This document shows, piece by piece, positions 62,101-64,000 of a stretch of DNA of 64,000 nucleotides; within the stretch, counting starts at the first letter, position 1; each line of letters opens with the position of its first letter. The stretch is from positions 150,618 through 214,617 of IMG/VR virus record IMGVR_UViG_3300008110_000030; one strand, given 5' to 3'. The notes beneath the pieces are model-generated. The model was not told the origin of the DNA. It made no database searches and was given only the letters and a program-made list of their open reading frames with translations. A program made the position numbers and the translations under genes.

Positions 62101-63316
62101 TAACATTGCTGTTAACGCGGTTATTGCTGGTGAGATTTTAATTACTGGTGATGAAATCACAACAACAAGCGGTGTTCCAGTTAGATTTACTAACGCTCCA
62201 GGTCTACAATTTGAAGGCGGTGCAAACAGTACAAGTATAACTACTGGTACTATTAGAGTTGGAACTGTATTAACTCCAGGTGGTATTGGTGTAACTGGTA
62301 ACGTATATGTTGGCGGAGTTGTAAACACACAAAGTTTGGTGTCAGGCAGTATTGACAACACTCCAATTGGTGCAAATACTCGTAGTACAGCATTGTTTAC
62401 TACAGTGGGTGCCAACGGCATTGTGTCACTAACAGCTGGTTTGGCTGCAACTGGTACAACTACTGGAACATTGCGTGTAACTGGTGGTGCAGGTATTACT
62501 GGTGACATTTTTGCTGGTGGTAATATTAGTACAACTGGTAGTTTAGAAGGTGCTGGATTAGACAATACACCAATTGGTGCAACTGTTCGTAGCACAGCAT
62601 TGTTTACTACATTGGCTGCTAATGACAGTGTACAATTCACTAAGAATACAAACAGCACAAGTACAGGTACTGGTTCACTAGTAGTTGTAGGTGGTGTGGG
62701 TGTTAGTGGAAACATTACAGTTGGACAGCAATTAAGACTTGCTGGATCAACTAGTGGTACTACTGGATTCCAAGCCCCAGCAAGTGCAGGCAGTACAATT
62801 TACGTACTTCCAGGTGCAGATGGTGCCGCAGGTACTAGTTTGGTTACTAACGGAAGCGGTGTACTAAGTTGGGGTCAAGCAGGAGCAACAGTTTCTGATA
62901 ACACAACAACTAACGCTAGTTATTATCCAGCAATGTCAAATGTAACAAGCGGTGGCGTGAGCTCATTAACAGTATCAAGTACCAAGTTTACATTTAACCC
63001 AAGCAGTGGTTTGTTAACAGTTACAGCACTAACAGAAAGTTCAAGCATTGCGTTGAAGCAAAATGTTAATCCAATTACTGATGCATTAGACAACGTGTTG
63101 AAACTAGTTGGTGTTACATACGATCGTCGAGATGGTACACGTAACAACGAACCAGGATTGATTGCAGAAGATGTTAATAAGATTATTCCAAACTTGGTAA
63201 CTAAAGATGCAGACGGAAATCCAGATGGTATTCACTATAGTAAGTTAACTGCTTATTTGGTTGAAGCAATTAAAGCACTAAAAGCAGAAATTGATGATTT
63301 GAAAAACGGTAAGTAA
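53171..63316 (+). CDS. Giant 3381-aa tail fibre/spike with C-terminal peptidase S74-type intramolecular chaperone
   Basis: N-terminal W...Y..GD.V.Y repeats, beta-helix core, G.GY..P repeats, CxRD helical repeats, and C-terminal SSIALKQNV...GLIAEDV...YSKLTAYLVEAIKAL. Confidence 0.85.
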   Translation: MAEFKLGRLRFVWKGTWTATTAYVKDDIVRHGGKTYVAKTAHTSASNFYTDSDASRWELMSDGIQWINTPWTASTVYKEGDIVRYGGKVYLCIDGHTANGTQNGGFYTDLGINKWSLFVDGITAVGDWAVSTYYKLGDIAKYNGITYICVQAHTSASSIASGLEANINDWDVFAEGIKYRGAWSGTTRYILNDVVKFGASLYICSLPHTSTSVFEDNKWFLFTSGFEFGGTWSNTTEYQIGDVVRYGGYLYVAISRNTGQLPTGTSGNWSLLSMAYSTNGTYSNVATYKPGEVVRHGGNTFVANQEIGVGETPVSDVAKWDLLVSGVRWTGDWTDTPTEVTYKINDLVKYVATTYVCVTEHDPTSLNRPDLDALGTNWIPFAEGADVNVMVRRGDLVTRNAIQNIRLPVGDAGQILKVQNNGFDLTWGNVGSITNIYYVSTEGLDGPTRGTSIDQPFRTIKYACDFVRLQNPATFNNPAVINVKTGVYDEVFPISLPKFTSLVGDELRMSIVQPTPATSHLDKFRMRDSTTIRNFTFRGATGAPGGGFTEVNQYGTRRPTGGAWCCLDPGTGPNDESAWVGARSPYIQNVTTFGDNCVGQKIDGALHNGGNKSITSNDFTQVMSDSIGAWCTNQGRAELVSVFTYYSYIGYLCENGGVIRATNGNNSYGTYGSVSEGVDPTEISRTATVDNRRLNAIVDVTQTDGESVLYLEYLNAGEDYTSATYNFTGSGLSASLSATADIATGGVAEVRVLADGDSYVGVQNNAQLGDTTYIRLGASDIQITNGYNGMRILLIDGTGTGQYAYISAFDGGSKDLTVNKETFTPLTVTEVASTGNLFTTADTSTLTLNMPINFQGSVVGNVVADTLYYVKSIPNGTTFTVSASISGGVAGTVFNPGTATGNMVLHAVGWDVFADNIITPITGATQANPVVITTGTPHGLKSTWNARISGVTGMTQLNGNTYYVDVLSSTTFALYSDFGLTTTINGTAYGAYSAGGSVNGKQSIAPFLNTTTRYVIEPRPVFSTGSGASATPVRTLGIDTFTIVNGGKGYTDAPTPIIAGPDTVADAVNASATVTISGPVDTITVYSRGGGYTSAPTLQFVGGGLPTDYSDFVAEAVVVLGDAIFVPGTSRFYEVTVAGTLSLTAPTHTSGTSTNGTATLRYLGRRASANANMTNIIKTLVLNNGGVGYTSTPSVQVTGASGTGAIVSATISQVINEITLDIPGAGYNTAPTVTLVGGDPLEFATAVAVLDATLTDVTIVEGGNGYVPASTTVTVSAPPAGGTTATAEAVIDFGAYIPGITPGAVTSINILTAGSGYATSPSILINGVGSGASAQTIITGIIDRIDVTNRGRGYESTPTVSITGGGGGGASATASRTGSVNTITIIDGGSGFTGNPSLEFIGGGLSNGSLNHAQAIVSAIDSVVATVTLVDAGDNYTSNPAISVTGGGGTGPTLRARINGQVRTITVTDPGSDYSGVDAPVIAFSGGRVYKSPVAGLRYYTNASALTAIGISQLTQTLAGIARATVLAKNVVANTNPVTSYQQAVTRTAGGVGYTQPTNIGFAIDSWMNGVYYTIENGQNHVNAATVLRLNRRFLRTDSMQFLATNYPAVADATWSRDIGLIVDAIAKDIETRGVVNSSTVAIKQAFISARASEPLAVAGLMDFLRDSIVSIVQNIVLTPQIDGTTTWEGLWVDAKSYQTNDVVFFAGKTYTALSTHFSNTLFSVDLAAGRWVENTNGQQTLDLPLEPGAITATENLGNYIKGILQYAPANASWTAAATLLTSNQSYIKAEVIAYINNTFEDFVYNQALCARDIGFILDAVAYDLLNALIAEATATATTTGVISKLTVVNGGEGYSGGVQIAMAGGGSSGAPTVNATATAIRNPLTGAITGFTMTNKGKGYASLPSVTITPDTGSGVVARSRVVGGNVSKVNIIHPGSGYTSGPFLRLIDPNNSGDAAFQVRVADGVLKQPRFTGRGTGFLTAAVEISGDGFAEITQTGSFIYVKNLTNIPTPGANIQFEDNDTFYKLVTVREVIGPQGTINARAILLANKAFVQAEVISYLDNFTFDSVKCSRDIGYIIDALADDSLTGSNQRLLAVRWQYARGLYTTFDRQRMQTAYVLEYLQTEINQLFNYADNDISSTLNDLIEWIKNEEYYKDIKVPLNPPIGYDAENDAGSTVLTANREFIAGNALRRFINNAPAGSYTVNNNIWLQEFRQVVDSIAYDLMYTGNQQVIEHSSTFYSGVNFILAGYTGDTSVVKAEFVNTLTYIKTLVQDVVQNNVVAVLQSGYTVSGTVAVVNASTGVVTGPAQDRSLSAGDTGTAFRVGGLCDEFISIINNSPTTIGVTVTATATSFAGFASGEVAKRTKLLNAKPTLRTQATTWMTDKFVNFEYDQDKCSRDVGIIVQAIADDIYGDVAKSVEAGQRYYAATAALVISAQKPQTIAAINWIGEVVQRVTNNVTWVRTQNRVFQERFPSLTGMSEALPVLQERVNIIKRIVEYGAFFDQVKQILLDNKTYIQAEVVSFVDATYENLNYSRSLCSRDAGLIVDALIYDVYGGLSRSREAGLRYYQSASALAAITGDQLTPTTTAINYLRQLAQAVIINQNPSVQFQENTLRTSINTNTGSVAFVAVTPGSNYSQGTTITTATGGSGSITGEIDAVIDVATGSIVEATVVNGGSGFNNAPSLTITKPTAASKTYVSIVGTTLTLSDTVGIFVGMEVSGTGFTSNQRVVSINSNGIAVELSATSDATPAGNITFTDIGSGASATAILGVAYDPAKVADLLVDEKIDEGTAALLAVIEGGPSVLPAGRYAARLQVSPEIPIQISPPHDTNTVVRSKYSQVRLTGHDFLNIGTGNKNDTNYPGIPLNAPDQANEVVEVGGGRVFYTSTDQDGNFRVGELFRVEQSTGIATLNADAFNLSGLNELSLGGVTLGGSGAVIREFSTDSTFFANSDNIVPTQKAIKTYIQSALGSGGGNIAVNAVIAGEILITGDEITTTSGVPVRFTNAPGLQFEGGANSTSITTGTIRVGTVLTPGGIGVTGNVYVGGVVNTQSLVSGSIDNTPIGANTRSTALFTTVGANGIVSLTAGLAATGTTTGTLRVTGGAGITGDIFAGGNISTTGSLEGAGLDNTPIGATVRSTALFTTLAANDSVQFTKNTNSTSTGTGSLVVVGGVGVSGNITVGQQLRLAGSTSGTTGFQAPASAGSTIYVLPGADGAAGTSLVTNGSGVLSWGQAGATVSDNTTTNASYYPAMSNVTSGGVSSLTVSSTKFTFNPSSGLLTVTALTESSSIALKQNVNPITDALDNVLKLVGVTYDRRDGTRNNEPGLIAEDVNKIIPNLVTKDADGNPDGIHYSKLTAYLVEAIKALKAEIDDLKNGK

Positions 63317-63323
63317 TAATACT

Positions 63324-64000
63324 ATGGCGATATTAAAAAATACTTCTTTTAGAGATTCCAACAGCGTACTCACAATACCTTCTGGAACAACTGCACAACG
63401 CCCATTGCGCCCTCCCAACGGTGCAATGAGGTTCAATACTTCAATTGGTCTTGCAGAAATTTACATGAACAACGGTTGGTACGATGCATCTAACGGTTCT
63501 AGACTGATAGATGTTTGGCCAACCAGTATTGATAGTGTTGGAATGTTTGTTGAACTCTGGGGTGCTGGAGGAGGCGGTGGCAGACCAGGTGGTTGGAGTC
63601 AAGGTTCTGAAGGAGGTTCTGGAGGATATACTTGGGGATGGATCAATACTGAAGTAGTCCCTGCTGGATCAACACTTGTTTTACAAGTTGGCGGGGGTGG
63701 ACAGGTAGGTGGAACTAGTGCCGCATTTCCAGGCGGTGGATATCTAGTAGGTGGTGGTGATAATAGATATGGCAGTGCTGGCGGCGGATATACAGGAATA
63801 TTTTTAACAACAGTTACACAAGCAAACGCAATTTTAATTGCGGGGGGCGGCGGAGGTGGCGGAAGTAGCCGTGCTAATACTGGTAATCAAGGCGGCGCAG
63901 GAGGCGGTCTTGAAGGTCGAGATGGGCACAGCCCGTATGATTCAAAAGAAGAATTTAGAGGCCGTGGAGGCACACAAACATTCGCTGGTGAAGCAAGTGG
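63324..64000 (+). CDS. Glycine-rich fibre-tip/receptor-binding-like protein, 3'-truncated by the window edge
   Basis: Not in the ORF track. MAILKNTSF...IPSGTTAQRP...GAMRFNT...ELWGAGGGGG...LQVGGGG...ILIAGGGGGGG, open to the end of the window. Confidence 0.8.
   Translation, partial: MAILKNTSFRDSNSVLTIPSGTTAQRPLRPPNGAMRFNTSIGLAEIYMNNGWYDASNGSRLIDVWPTSIDSVGMFVELWGAGGGGGRPGGWSQGSEGGSGGYTWGWINTEVVPAGSTLVLQVGGGGQVGGTSAAFPGGGYLVGGGDNRYGSAGGGYTGIFLTTVTQANAILIAGGGGGGGSSRANTGNQGGAGGGLEGRDGHSPYDSKEEFRGRGGTQTFAGEAS

Noticed and set aside
257-63147. Numerous short antisense or nested ORFs in the track (e.g. 257..619, 20882..21316, 49484..50017, 62068..62715)
   Set aside because: They lie opposite long genes with biased codon usage and show no independent signals.

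Overview
64 kb of the virion-morphogenesis region of a large, AT-rich, T4-superfamily-like (gp23/gp20/gp55) contractile-tailed phage, read in the standard genetic code. Minus strand 1-28106 carries a baseplate and fibre operon: gp48/54-like, gp53, gp27-like hub, an unexplained 371-aa protein, gp5-like spike, gp25, gp6, a 4747-aa giant and two paralogous fibres. Plus strand 28187-33010 is an early/middle cassette behind a perfect sigma70 promoter: gp55 late sigma, gp47, gp46, one clear and one possible Hc1-like protein, a coiled-coil peptide and a GIY-YIG nuclease. It is followed directly by about 450 nt of densely base-paired non-coding sequence. Next come a gp26/gp51-like pair apparently joined by a -1 frameshift, a divergent tape-measure-like gene, the head module (portal, core proteins, protease, scaffold, MCP) and a cluster of large modular fibre/spike genes up to 3381 aa. 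Main leads: (1) a candidate large structured RNA attached to a minimal GIY-YIG nuclease; (2) a multi-stem leader RNA in front of the 1239-aa fibre gene; (3) phycobiliprotein-like CxRD helical repeats nested in the 3381-aa protein; (4) the chaperone frameshift; (5) two adjacent broken genes (in-frame TAA and a 52-bp tandem duplication) that may be assembly artefacts. All calls come from motif recognition by eye; no searches were run. No tRNA, CRISPR array or integrase was recognised.
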